A stretch of 64,000 nt of DNA from an uncultured Acidobacteriota bacterium (GTDB lineage: Bacteria > Acidobacteriota > Blastocatellia > RBC074): contig CAWDDA010000016.1 of assembly GCA_963800895.1 (NCBI GenBank), forward strand, positions 45,901 to 109,900, in the 5' to 3' direction. The notes under the pieces were generated by a model. It saw only the letters and a list, made by a program, of their open reading frames with translations, was not told the DNA's origin and made no database searches. Both the position numbers and the translations under genes were made by a program. Shown piece by piece: positions 10,270-19,922 of this stretch. The first letter of the stretch is position 1. The number at the start of each line of letters is the position of its first letter.

Positions 10270-10391
10270 CTTGCTCTCCCGGGAGCGCCAGGCTCCAGCC
10301 TGGCGCGTCATCAAGAATCAGGGGTGCGACAACATCACACGCGCCAGGCTGGAGCCTGGCGCTCCCGGGAGAGCAAGCTAAAGCTTGAACT
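10254..10391. repeat. Composite family C+D palindrome (GGAGTTCAAGCTTTAGCTTGCTC + GGAGCGCCAGGCTCCAGCCTGGCGCG), about 52-bp arms, 32-bp loop
   Basis: Near-perfect dyad; left arm provides LEFKL* to upstream GT2. Confidence 0.85.
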
Positions 10392-10399
10392 AAAACCTT

Positions 10400-12333
10400 A
10401 TGTGCGGCATTTGCGGAATAGTTGGAGCGTCTGACGACAGCGCGATCGAGCGCATGACGCGGAGCCTCGCCCACCGCGGCCCTGACGACTCGGGCATAGA
10501 GCGTTTTCCAGCATCACATCTCCATCTCGGGCATCGGCGATTGAGCATCATCGACCTTTCAGAGCGCGGACGGCAGCCGATGACCAATGAAGACGGCTCC
10601 GTCTGGATTACATTCAACGGCGAGCTCTATAACTTTCGCGAACTGAAAGCGCGGCTCGATACGTCGCGACACCACTTCCGATCCGAGACCGATACTGAGG
10701 TCATCCTTCACCTTTACGAAGAGCACGGCAGCGAAGACGTTTTCGCTTCTCAACGGGATGTTTGCCTTTGCGCTCTACGATTCGCGACGCGAAGTCATAT
10801 ACCTCGTGCGCGATCAGCTTGGAATCAAGCCTCTCTATTATTCTGAAGCCGGCGGGAAGCTGATCTTTGGCTCTGAGATCAAAGCGCTTCTCGCCAGCGG
10901 CAATCTTGTTTCCGAGATCGACTGGCAGGCGGCGAGCGATTTCTTCACGTATTTATTTGTGCCGTCGCCGCAGACTATGTTCCGTGACGTCCGCCAGCTA
11001 CCCGCTGCTCACTTTCTCGAATACGACCTTCGCTCGCGACGCGTGGTTCGAATCGACAAGTACTGGAGTCCTGAAACGAGCTCTCAGGGAAGCGTTGCCG
11101 ACTTCGCTCACGAGCTGAGGTCCCTGCTTGGAGATGCTGTCACGAAGCAGATGGTCAGCGACGTTCCGCTGGGTGCGTTTCTTTCAGGCGGCATAGATTC
11201 AAATGTCATCGTAGGTCTGATGGCAAAGACTGCCGGCGAACCGATCAAAACCTTTACCGTGTTCTTCAACCAGCAGGGGATCGACTATTACGACGAGCGC
11301 ACTGAGGCGCGGCGGATCGCCGAGAAGTTTGGCACCGAGCATAATGAGATCGAGATAGATCTTGCTCATCCTGAAGAGATGTTTGAACTGGTGGAGTATT
11401 TCGACCAGCCCTTCGGGAATGCGACACTCTATCTGACCTATCTCTTGTCGCGCGAAACGCGAAAGTCAGTAACCGTCGCTCTGACGGGTGCTGGAGGCGA
11501 TGAGCTCTTTGGCGGATACCCGCGTTATCGTGCCGTGCGCGCTGCAAGGATGCTGCGCTATGTTCCGCGGCCTGCTGCGCGCGCCGCGCTTGCGGCGCTT
11601 CGCTTATGGCCGGATGACTACAGTGATCGCCGGCTGCATCGTGTGAGGTTGCTTCTCGACGGTCTCGATCGTGATCCTGCGCGGCAATACATGAAGTGGG
11701 TCTACTATTTGGATGAGGATCGCAAGTCTCAACTGCTGAGGCAAAGGAATGGCAGGCCCCTGCCGGCAGAAAGAGTACTGGCCGAACACCTCGATCAGAT
11801 ACCGGCCTCCTGGGATGACGGCAACCGTTTTTCATTTCTGGACGTGGAGACATTTCTTTCTGACAATCTGCTCGAATACTCCGACAAGATGAGCATGGCG
11901 AGCGCTCTCGAGCTGCGTGTGCCGTTTCTTGATCCGCGCGTGGTAGAGCTGGCGTTTCGGATTCCTTTCGAGCAGAAGGTGCGCGCTGGAGAGAGCAAAT
12001 GGATTTTGAGGAAGGCATTCGCTGATCTGATCCCGCCGGAAAATCTGAATGCGTCCCAAGAAGGGTTTCAACGTTCCGCTTGGTGTCTGGATGCGGGGTC
12101 GCCTTGACCGCTTTTTTGACGAGCGTATGCCACGAGACTACGTCGAGCGGGAAGGGATCTTCAACTATGATTACCTCCTGACGTTGCGGGAAGAACATCG
12201 CCGCGGCAGGCGCGACAATGCATACGAGCTGTTCGCGGTCCTGATGTTCGATACGTGGTACCGGAAGTACATCACTGGAACTCTTCCGCGTTCAGGTGAA
12301 CAGGTCCTGGCTGCGCCGGTAATAAACAGATGA
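10400..12333 (+). pseudogene. asnB: Asparagine synthase (glutamine-hydrolysing) AsnB/WbpS-like amidotransferase, two frameshifts
   Basis: MCGICGIVGA...HRGPDDSG...RLSIIDL (class II GATase N-term) ORF 10400..10846; continues LLNGMFAFALYD... in ORF 10758..12107 (SGGIDSN PP-loop); C-terminus PKKGFNVPLGVWMRG in ORF 12049..12333. Shifts near 10745 (gtttt run) and near 12045. Confidence 0.7.
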
Positions 12334-14470
12334 AGCAGGTTATACAGAATCTCCGCTCGGGCGTGCTGAAGGTGGACGAGGTACCGGACACAATCGTCAA
12401 GCCAGGTGGGATTCTGGTGCGCAATGTTGCTTCGCTCATCAGTCCCGGGACAGAGCGGATGTCGATTGAGCTGGCGCAGAAGTCACTTATCGGCAAAGCG
12501 AGGGAGCGGCCAGACCTGGTCCGCCAGGTGATTACCAAAATCAAGCGTGATGGCGTCCTGAGCACGATGCGCGCAGTCGAAGCGCGTCTCGATGCCCCGC
12601 TCGCACCCGGATACAGCTCGTCTGGCATCGTGATCGAAGTTGGACGCGGCGCTGAGGAGTTCCGGGTTGGCGATCGCGTGCCTGCGCCGGTATGAACTAT
12701 GCGTCGCATGCGGAAGTGGTCTTCATACCAACCAATCTTGCAGTTCGAATTCCCGAAGGTGTCGGTTTTGATGAGGCATCTTTTGTCACACTTGGCGCAA
12801 TCGCGCTCCAGGGAATTCGAACGGCAGAAGTCAAACTCGGTGAAACGGTAGCTGTGATTGGTCTTGGATTACTTGGCCAGCTGACGTGCCAAATGCTCAA
12901 AGCTGCCGGGTGTCGAGTGATCGGAATCGATCTCGATGAAGTCAGAACTGAGCTGGCGCGCGAGCATGGAGCAGATCTCGTACTTCAGCGCGGTCAGGAC
13001 GTTGAAGCATCGATCGACTCGTTTACAAATGGCTATGGAACCGACGCAATAATCGTCACCGCTGCTGCTGATACGAATGATCCTGTCGAGCTTGCAGGAG
13101 CGATTGCACGCGATCGGGCCATCGTGTCGGTTGTTGGTGCGGTCCGCATGGATGTGCCTCGCAAGGTCTTCTACGAAAAAGAGCTTCAATTGAGACTTTC
13201 GCGTTCGTATGGTCCCGGGCGTTACGATCGGCAATATGAAGAGGGCGGCGTCGACTACCCGATATCTTATGTTCGCTGGACGGAACGGCGAAATATGGAA
13301 GAGTTTCTTCGCATGGTTGCCATTGGCAGCGTTCGGGTTGGGAAACTGATCACACATCGATATGCGATTGCAGACGCCGAGAAGGCGTACTCGATGATAA
13401 CGAGCAGCGACTCGAGCTCTCTTGGAATCGTTCTGACATATCCACCGGACAGCGGAACGCAAACGACTTCGGTCCGTATAAGGGTAGCGCGGCCAGCTTC
13501 GGGGGCAAGGAGTGCCGGCAAAGTCAGGCTTGGAGTCATCGGCGCCGGAAATTTCGCGCGAAGCGTTCTGCTGCCCCGGCTGAAGAAAATGTCTGAGGTC
13601 GAGTTGGGCGGCGTTGCAACGGCAACAGGCCGTAATGCGAAGGCGACCGCAGAACAGTTCGGCTTTGAGTGGTGTACCACAGATTACCAGCAGATTATTG
13701 AGTCGAACGGCATCGATGCTGTGCTTATCGCAACAAGGCATGATCTGCACGCGGAGATAGCAGCCGGCGCGCTCGCATCGGGAAAGGCCACCTTTGTCGA
13801 GAAGCCTCTTTCAACGACGCGTGAAGGTTTGGATATGGTGATGCGCGCGCTTGAAGACGGCGGTGATCGTCTCCAGGTAGGCTTCAACCGCAGGTTTTCG
13901 CCGCTGGCGATCAGGCTGCGAGATGCGTTCAAAGGCATTGAATCTCTGGCCATGACCTATCGCATCAATGCCGGTCCGGTGCCGCGTGACAGCTGGATTG
14001 CGGGCACTGAAGGCGGCGGTCGCATAGTTGGTGAAGTTTGTCACTTCGTTGATTTCTTCCAGTTTCTGACTGGCGCCGATCCTGAAGAGGTGTTTGCTTA
14101 TCGAACTGCGCTCGATCCTGACAATCTCTCGGTTGTACTCAAATTCAGTGATGGATCAACCGGGAACATAAACTACTTTTCCACCGGTGATCGGGCATTG
14201 CCCAAAGAGCGGATCGAGGTTTACGGCAGCGGAAGCATTGGGATCATCGACGACTTCCGCAGCGTTGAGATATGGCGTGACGGGAAGCGAACTCGCTCTG
14301 GCCGACTTAATCAGGACAAGGGCATGGATGCGGAGTTGAAAACGTTTGTCGAGTGGACGCGGAACGGCGGCAATCCTCCTGTTCCGGCGAGTGATCTGGT
14401 AATGACAACGCTCGCGACGTTTGCTATTGAAAGGTCTCTTGAAAGCGGGCGGCCGGAGAAGGTTCATTGA
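12330..14470 (+). pseudogene. Bi-domain oxidoreductase (MDR/ADH GroES-like + Gfo/Idh/MocA NAD-binding), one frameshift near 12690
   Basis: ORF 12330..12695 (ADH N-terminal domain) + ORF 12692..14470 (VIGLGLLGQLTCQMLKAAG Rossmann, then VRLGVIGAGNFARSVLLPRL... Gfo/Idh/MocA). Junction ...GDRVPAPV* / MNYASHAEVV in different frames. Confidence 0.65.
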
Positions 14471-16218
14471 GTCCTGCTTTGCTCGTGCGAACGCTGCCAT
14501 ACCTTCGCTGGGAGCAGATCGCATACAGGCCTTTGCGTGCAGCGCAGTACTGGCAATACCGCCACTTTCCTTCACTCATCGCTCGCTGGAACGCTGATGG
14601 AGCTGTCGAGCGACAACTATTTCCATCACCATCATCACCGTCTTCTGTCGACACGCTAAGACAGGCGGTCAGCGGCTTCACACATCTGAGGGCTGGGGCA
14701 GAGTCATGCGCCAAACTGGTTGAAGGCATTGCAGAAAATCGCTTCACTTTCCTCAATGACACGCACGCGTTCGGTGAGATTGACTGGAACAGAAGGTATG
14801 TCAGCCATCTTTGGAACTATCATCTGCACTATTTCGACGTAGCACTATGTTGCCAGGAAGACGAACGCTCGAGACGCGAGCTCACCCGACTGGTGGCAAG
14901 CTGGATTGATAATGCACGTATCGGAGTGAGTGATGGCTGGGAGCCTTATCCCCTTTCTCTGCGGATCGTCAATTGGATTTACGCATACTCTTCGTTCTCG
15001 CATGTGCTCGATCGATCGTTCGTGGATAAGTGGCGGTCGAGCATTTTTCAGCAGGCACGTTTTCTTGCTCACCACCTCGAGTTTCACCTGTTGGCGAACC
15101 ATCTCATTAAGAACCTCAAAGCGCTGATCGTAGCCGGGCTTTTCTTCTCAAATAAGGAATGGTTGGAGGAGGGCGAGAGATTGCTTTGGCGCGAGCTTGA
15201 TGAACAGGTGCTCGATGACGGAGGGCACTTCGAACGATCGACAATGTATCACGCGCAGGTCCTTGCCGACTTCCTGGAATGCTACGCTGTTATGGAGGCG
15301 TTTGGGAGGCTCGAAGGTGAAAAGCGGGAACGGCTCGCCGCAAAGCTTCGATCAATGTGCGGGTTTCTCCGAGCCATGACTCATCTCGATGGGAGTCTCG
15401 CTCTATTCAATGATTCAGCCAATACTGCAGCGACAGGATCGCGACCAATCCTTGATGTTGCCGGGCGCCTGATTGATACGATAGCGGAACCCCTAGAAGA
15501 CTCGGCGGACTCACATTCGTTTCCAGATTCGGGTTATTTCACATGGACTGCTCAAGATGCGCGCGAGAAGATCATTGTCGACGGAGGGCCGCCATCTATC
15601 GATTACAACGTTGCTCACGCTCATTGCGATATGTTGAGCTTTGAGCTGTACTTCAACAGAAAGCCGATAGTAGTTGACACCGGGGTTCACGGGTACGAGG
15701 GTGATCAGTTCCGTGAGTATTCCCGTTCAACACGCGCGCACAACACACTGGTTTTTGATGGCCGCGAACAGTCAGAGGTATGGGGAACGTTTCGCATTGC
15801 ACGACGCGCGAGGATGCTTAGCGCAATCGTGGGGAGCGAGAATGAAGGTCAGTGGAAATTTGAGGGAAGCTACAGCCCGTACTACAACACGCGTCTGATT
15901 CATTCGCGCGTCATAGAACGCGAAGGTTCCGGCGATTGGGTTGTCATCGATAGTGCAGATGGAGATTTCAAGAGAGCCGAAAGCTTCATCCACCTTCATC
16001 CGGCAGTAAGAGTAGAACGATCAGGCGACTCTATTATTGAATGCGAAGCTGGCGGCGAGCGGTTTACCTTTGAGCCTTTTGGTTCGGTGAGGACCAGTGT
16101 CAGTGACGGATGGTATTTCCCGGATTTTGGGATCGCCCAGCGCGCGATCACTTTGTCGTTTCAAAAGAATAGAAGTGAAGAGAAAAGCTTCGGATACAGG
16201 ATACGAAGAGGCATGTAG
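14467..16218 (+). CDS. Heparinase II/III-like family protein
   Basis: 583 aa; HLEFHLLANHLIKNLKALI...GGHFERSTMYHAQVL...AHAHCDMLSFELYFNRKPIVVDTGVHGYEG...HNTLVFDG matches heparinase II/III (PF07940) architecture; ATGA overlap with upstream gene. Confidence 0.75.
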   Translation: MSPALLVRTLPYLRWEQIAYRPLRAAQYWQYRHFPSLIARWNADGAVERQLFPSPSSPSSVDTLRQAVSGFTHLRAGAESCAKLVEGIAENRFTFLNDTHAFGEIDWNRRYVSHLWNYHLHYFDVALCCQEDERSRRELTRLVASWIDNARIGVSDGWEPYPLSLRIVNWIYAYSSFSHVLDRSFVDKWRSSIFQQARFLAHHLEFHLLANHLIKNLKALIVAGLFFSNKEWLEEGERLLWRELDEQVLDDGGHFERSTMYHAQVLADFLECYAVMEAFGRLEGEKRERLAAKLRSMCGFLRAMTHLDGSLALFNDSANTAATGSRPILDVAGRLIDTIAEPLEDSADSHSFPDSGYFTWTAQDAREKIIVDGGPPSIDYNVAHAHCDMLSFELYFNRKPIVVDTGVHGYEGDQFREYSRSTRAHNTLVFDGREQSEVWGTFRIARRARMLSAIVGSENEGQWKFEGSYSPYYNTRLIHSRVIEREGSGDWVVIDSADGDFKRAESFIHLHPAVRVERSGDSIIECEAGGERFTFEPFGSVRTSVSDGWYFPDFGIAQRAITLSFQKNRSEEKSFGYRIRRGM

Positions 16219-16329
16219 CACCACCTGGGAGCGCTGCGTACGTGGACCGAGCCAGAGCCCCGAGTAAGGAACGGTGCACGTGCCGGTTGCTGGAATGAGA
16301 CAATTCTTGGCGTCCAAGAGGAGCCCAAT

Positions 16330-16540
16330 GGTGGATTGCAAATGTCGCCGAAGGCGACAGATTGAGTAGCCGGAGGCAACGCCACCGGTTTCGGACACCA
16401 CCTGCTTTCCGACCCGTAAGGGTCGATTCGCTTCCATATTCGACCCTTTCAGGGTCGTATTGTCGTTCACTCAGGATCCGGTGGCGTTGCCACGGCTACT
16501 GAATTTGTCGCCTTCGGCGACAGGAGCCAATGCGATTTAC
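16330..16540. repeat. Family E nested palindromic element (GTCGCCGAAGGCGAC … CCGGTGGCGTTGCC arms enclosing two CGACCC-N4-GGGTCG hairpins)
   Basis: Second copy 23060-23260. Confidence 0.8.
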
Positions 16541-16655
16541 CGAACTACATTTTCCCGTGCGTCTGAGGAGCGCCATCTGATTTCGAACCTTGATCCGGCT
16601 CCTCCGGTCGGAGACCGGCGCTCCCAGGCGGTAGTACATGCCGCTCATTCCAATG

Positions 16656-17921
16656 CCAAAACTCAGGATTACTTTTCTGTGTCAGTATTTTCCTCCTGAG
16701 ATGGGGGCTCCTTCTGCGCGTACTTACGAGCACGCGCGACACTGGGTCAGTCTTGGGAACCAAGTGACGGTGATCACGGGATTTCCAAACCATCCTACTG
16801 GCATCATCAGGCCTGAATACCGTGGTTACTTCACTAAGCGAGAGAGTACTGACGGAATCGATGTGCTCAGGACGTGGGTCTATGTAGCGCCGAACAAGGG
16901 GTTTACGAGACGCGTGTTCAACTTCGCTTCATTCTTTCTTTCTTCGCTCATTCTTGGAGCGCTCAAGACGGACCGTCCCGAAGTTGTCGTGGGTACGTCG
17001 CCCCAGTTCCTCTGTGCCCTTTCGGCATATCTCCTGAGCTGTGTTAAGCGCGTTCCATTTGTTTTTGAGGTTCGAGACATATGGCCTCAGTCAGCAGTTG
17101 AGCTTGGCGCATTAAAGAATCGTACGCTCATCCGGATGCTCGAGGGGATCGAGCTATTCCTTTACCGGCGTGCCGCACTGATTGTGGGCGTTGCCGAATC
17201 GACCAGACAGTATCTGGTTTCAAAAGGGATTCCTGCCGAAAAGATCGCGATCATCCCTAATGGAATTGATAAGGACTTTATCGAACTCGACAGCGGACGG
17301 TCTGTGCTGCCGCAGCTTGATAACAGGTTTGTAGTCTCTTACATCGGCACTCACGGGATGTCGCACTCGCTCGACACGGTCCTGGAGGCTGCCAGCAAGC
17401 TTGAGGCGGACGAGGATATCCACTTTCTCTTTGTTGGCGAAGGCGCGGAGAAGGCCAGGTTGCTCAAGATCGCGCGCGATCTTAAGCTTTCGAACGTAAC
17501 GTTTCTGAATGAACGCCCGCGCGAAGACCTGATAGCTTACTATAGGGCTTCAGACGTGAGTCTGGTCCCATTGAAGAAGTTGCCCATCTTCAAACAGGTT
17601 CTTCCCTCAAAGCTGTTTGAATTGATGGGCACAAAGACGGCGATAATCTGTAGCGTCGAAGGTGAAGCCGCCGCGCTGGTTGATCGTGCCGGAGCGGGCG
17701 TCGTCATCGAGCCTGAGAATGCTGACGCGCTGGTCGAAGCGATCCGGCGGTTAAAGGGCGATCCGCAACTTCGGGAGCAGCTTGGAAAGAGCGGGTATCA
17801 GTTTGTGATGGCGCATTACTTGCGTTCCATTCTCGCCGAGAGTTATCTAGAATTTCTCGGGCGTGTCATTGATCGCCGGCATAAGGCAGAATCAGGGAAT
17901 CCGATGACCTCCGAACTGTAG
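16656..17921 (+). CDS. Glycosyltransferase family 4, WbuB/WcaI-like
   Basis: MPKLRITFLCQYFPPEMGAPSARTYEHARHWVSLGNQVTVITGFPNHP... N-terminus typical of WbuB-type GT4; ORF 16638..17921, likely start Met 16656. Confidence 0.75.
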   Translation, partial: PKLRITFLCQYFPPEMGAPSARTYEHARHWVSLGNQVTVITGFPNHPTGIIRPEYRGYFTKRESTDGIDVLRTWVYVAPNKGFTRRVFNFASFFLSSLILGALKTDRPEVVVGTSPQFLCALSAYLLSCVKRVPFVFEVRDIWPQSAVELGALKNRTLIRMLEGIELFLYRRAALIVGVAESTRQYLVSKGIPAEKIAIIPNGIDKDFIELDSGRSVLPQLDNRFVVSYIGTHGMSHSLDTVLEAASKLEADEDIHFLFVGEGAEKARLLKIARDLKLSNVTFLNERPREDLIAYYRASDVSLVPLKKLPIFKQVLPSKLFELMGTKTAIICSVEGEAAALVDRAGAGVVIEPENADALVEAIRRLKGDPQLREQLGKSGYQFVMAHYLRSILAESYLEFLGRVIDRRHKAESGNPMTSEL

Positions 17922-17940
17922 TCGAACTTATTCGAAACAC

Positions 17941-19491
17941 ATGCGATCTTACCTGACCCTGTTTACGATCTCGCTTATTCTTTCGCTTGTGCTCACGCCC
18001 TATGTCCGAGGCTGGGCGATCAAATGGGGTGCAATCGATCTGCCTGACAATGGCCGCCGGATACACCGCCGGCCCACGCCTCGCCTCGGCGGCATTGCGA
18101 TCTACCTGGCATTTACTCTGACGCTGCTTTGCGTGCCGTTCCTCGGCAATATGGTTGGTGAGAGCTTCCGTTCGAACCTCAATCGGTTCGCTGCACTGCT
18201 GCTTCCGGCGACTTTCATGTTCGCCTTTGGCATCTGGGACGATTTCAAGGGGTCAAGTGCGCAGCAGAAGATAATCGCGCAGGTTATCGCTACGGTGATG
18301 ATCTACTCTATGGGGTTTCGGATTGACACCCTCTCCTCGCCATTCGGGGGTACGTGGCATCTGGCTCCGATAATCAGCTTTCCACTGACTGCTTTGTGGG
18401 TTGTCGGGATCACAAATGCTTTCAACCTGATTGATGGTGTCGATGGCCTCGCGGCAGGAGCCTCGGTCTTTGCCTTGCTTTCGATACTTTTCTTTTCGGT
18501 CGCTCAGGGCAACCCGGAGATCAGTCTGATTGCAGTGGTACTGGTCGGCGCTGTGATCGGTTTTCTTCGATATAATTTCAACCCTGCGACTATTTTTCTG
18601 GGTGATTCAGGTAGCCTCTTTCTTGGCTTCGTCGCTGCGGCCCTTTCGCTCGCCGGTTCTCAAAAAGGGTCAACAATCATTGCGGTTGCGATTCCGCTTA
18701 TTTCCTTTGGATTACCTGTGGTTGAAGCGGGGTTGTCGCTCGTCAGGCGCTTTCTGGGCGGCGATTCTCTTCTTGCCGGGGATCGGGGCCACATCCATCA
18801 CATGCTGCTCAGGCGCGGTCTCAGTCAGCGCCAGGTTGTAATTCTGCTGTATGCCGTTTGCGCGCTCTTCTCCCTTTTCGGGCTGATGCTCCTCAATCCT
18901 CAGCGAAGCCTGGCGGCGCTGATCTTCTTTGTCCTTGGCATAGGAATCGTTTTCGGTGTTCAGCATTTGCGGTACGCCGAGTTCAGTGAGCTTGGCAGTC
19001 AGATTCGACGCGGGGTGCTGCGTCATCGACGGGCGATGGCGGTCAACGTTCGCGTCCGGAGAACGACAGCTGATCTTGGCGGAGCGAAGAACATCGATCA
19101 GTTCTTCGCCATACTCGATGAAATGCTGAAGGAGAATGAGTTCGACTGTGCCATCCTCGAAGTCGAGAGAATGTCGGCCCCGTTTCTCGATTCCGCGGCG
19201 AAGTATAGGCACATCGGTGATCCAAAGGATGGCCTGCAAGTGATATGGGCATGGGAGGGCAACGGAGTCAGGCTCTCTGACGTTTTCACTTCCCGCGACT
19301 ATTGGACGCTCAAAGTTCCTGTGAGCGGACCGGACGGGGAGCCTCTCGGCGCGGTCGTCTTTTACCGTGCTCTTTCCGATGACGACGCCCTCGTTGACCT
19401 GAGGAATATCTGCGGGCCGCTACAACGCGAGCTCGGGGCCGCGCTTGCCAGACTCATGGAAGCGGAGGGCGAGGTGGCGGCTCGGAAATAG
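17941..19491 (+). CDS. Polyprenyl-phosphate N-acetylhexosamine-1-phosphate transferase (WecA/WbpL/MraY family) with about 160-aa C-terminal extension
   Basis: TM-rich; NAFNLIDGVDGLAAG and IFLGDSGSLFLGF motifs of MraY/WecA family; residues about 350-516 form an extra soluble domain of unknown function. Confidence 0.75.
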   Translation: MRSYLTLFTISLILSLVLTPYVRGWAIKWGAIDLPDNGRRIHRRPTPRLGGIAIYLAFTLTLLCVPFLGNMVGESFRSNLNRFAALLLPATFMFAFGIWDDFKGSSAQQKIIAQVIATVMIYSMGFRIDTLSSPFGGTWHLAPIISFPLTALWVVGITNAFNLIDGVDGLAAGASVFALLSILFFSVAQGNPEISLIAVVLVGAVIGFLRYNFNPATIFLGDSGSLFLGFVAAALSLAGSQKGSTIIAVAIPLISFGLPVVEAGLSLVRRFLGGDSLLAGDRGHIHHMLLRRGLSQRQVVILLYAVCALFSLFGLMLLNPQRSLAALIFFVLGIGIVFGVQHLRYAEFSELGSQIRRGVLRHRRAMAVNVRVRRTTADLGGAKNIDQFFAILDEMLKENEFDCAILEVERMSAPFLDSAAKYRHIGDPKDGLQVIWAWEGNGVRLSDVFTSRDYWTLKVPVSGPDGEPLGAVVFYRALSDDDALVDLRNICGPLQRELGAALARLMEAEGEVAARK

Positions 19492-19494
19492 CCG

Positions 19495-19872
19495 TTACCG
19501 TTGAAGCGGAATGAACTCCGGATCGTCCTGATGATCTTGTTCCCACTTGAGCCAATCAAAATACTTGCATCGGCGTTCGGCGGGGTAATCACGGCAGACT
19601 GCGGGACGGTGTTCGTAGATTGTGCAGCGGCGCTCAGTCGGGTGCAGAAACTGGCATGTGGTATCGTAGATCGTGTCCTTCCGATGGCGAAGAACGCGGC
19701 CGTAACCTTGAATAACTTTGGTGAAGCGCTCTTCGGCCACTTCGTAGCTTATTTTGAAACGGGAGGCGAGCCGCTTGATGTCACGTCGCGTAACGATGAT
19801 GTGGTCGTACGAGCAGCAATACCCGGGACACTTGGAACAATCATAGAGGACTGGAAGGGAAGTGTTTGTCAT
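19495..19872 (-). CDS. YkgJ-family (UPF0153) Cys-cluster zinc/iron-chelating protein
   Basis: [14 protein letters not shown]...[27 protein letters not shown] motif set of PF03692. Confidence 0.7.
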   Translation of the reverse strand: MTNTSLPVLYDCSKCPGYCCSYDHIIVTRRDIKRLASRFKISYEVAEERFTKVIQGYGRVLRHRKDTIYDTTCQFLHPTERRCTIYEHRPAVCRDYPAERRCKYFDWLKWEQDHQDDPEFIPLQR

Positions 19873-19922
19873 ATGACTGACAGCGCATACTTATCACAAA
19901 TTGCCCACAAACTACAGCCTCA

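Noticed and set aside
10254-10391. Possible CRISPR array (many short repeats across the window)
   Set aside because: Repeats are palindromic pairs with loops, not direct repeats with unique spacers of regular length; no cas genes.
11266-12198. 310-aa minus-strand ORF inside asnB
   Set aside because: Antisense to a strongly conserved gene; Arg/Ala/Ser-rich composition typical of GC-rich antisense frames; no motifs.
12869-13750. 293-aa minus-strand ORF inside bi-domain oxidoreductase
   Set aside because: Same reasoning: antisense artefact in GC-rich coding DNA.
19043-19289. Small overlapping minus-strand ORFs inside the WecA-like C-terminal region
   Set aside because: Short, antisense, no support.
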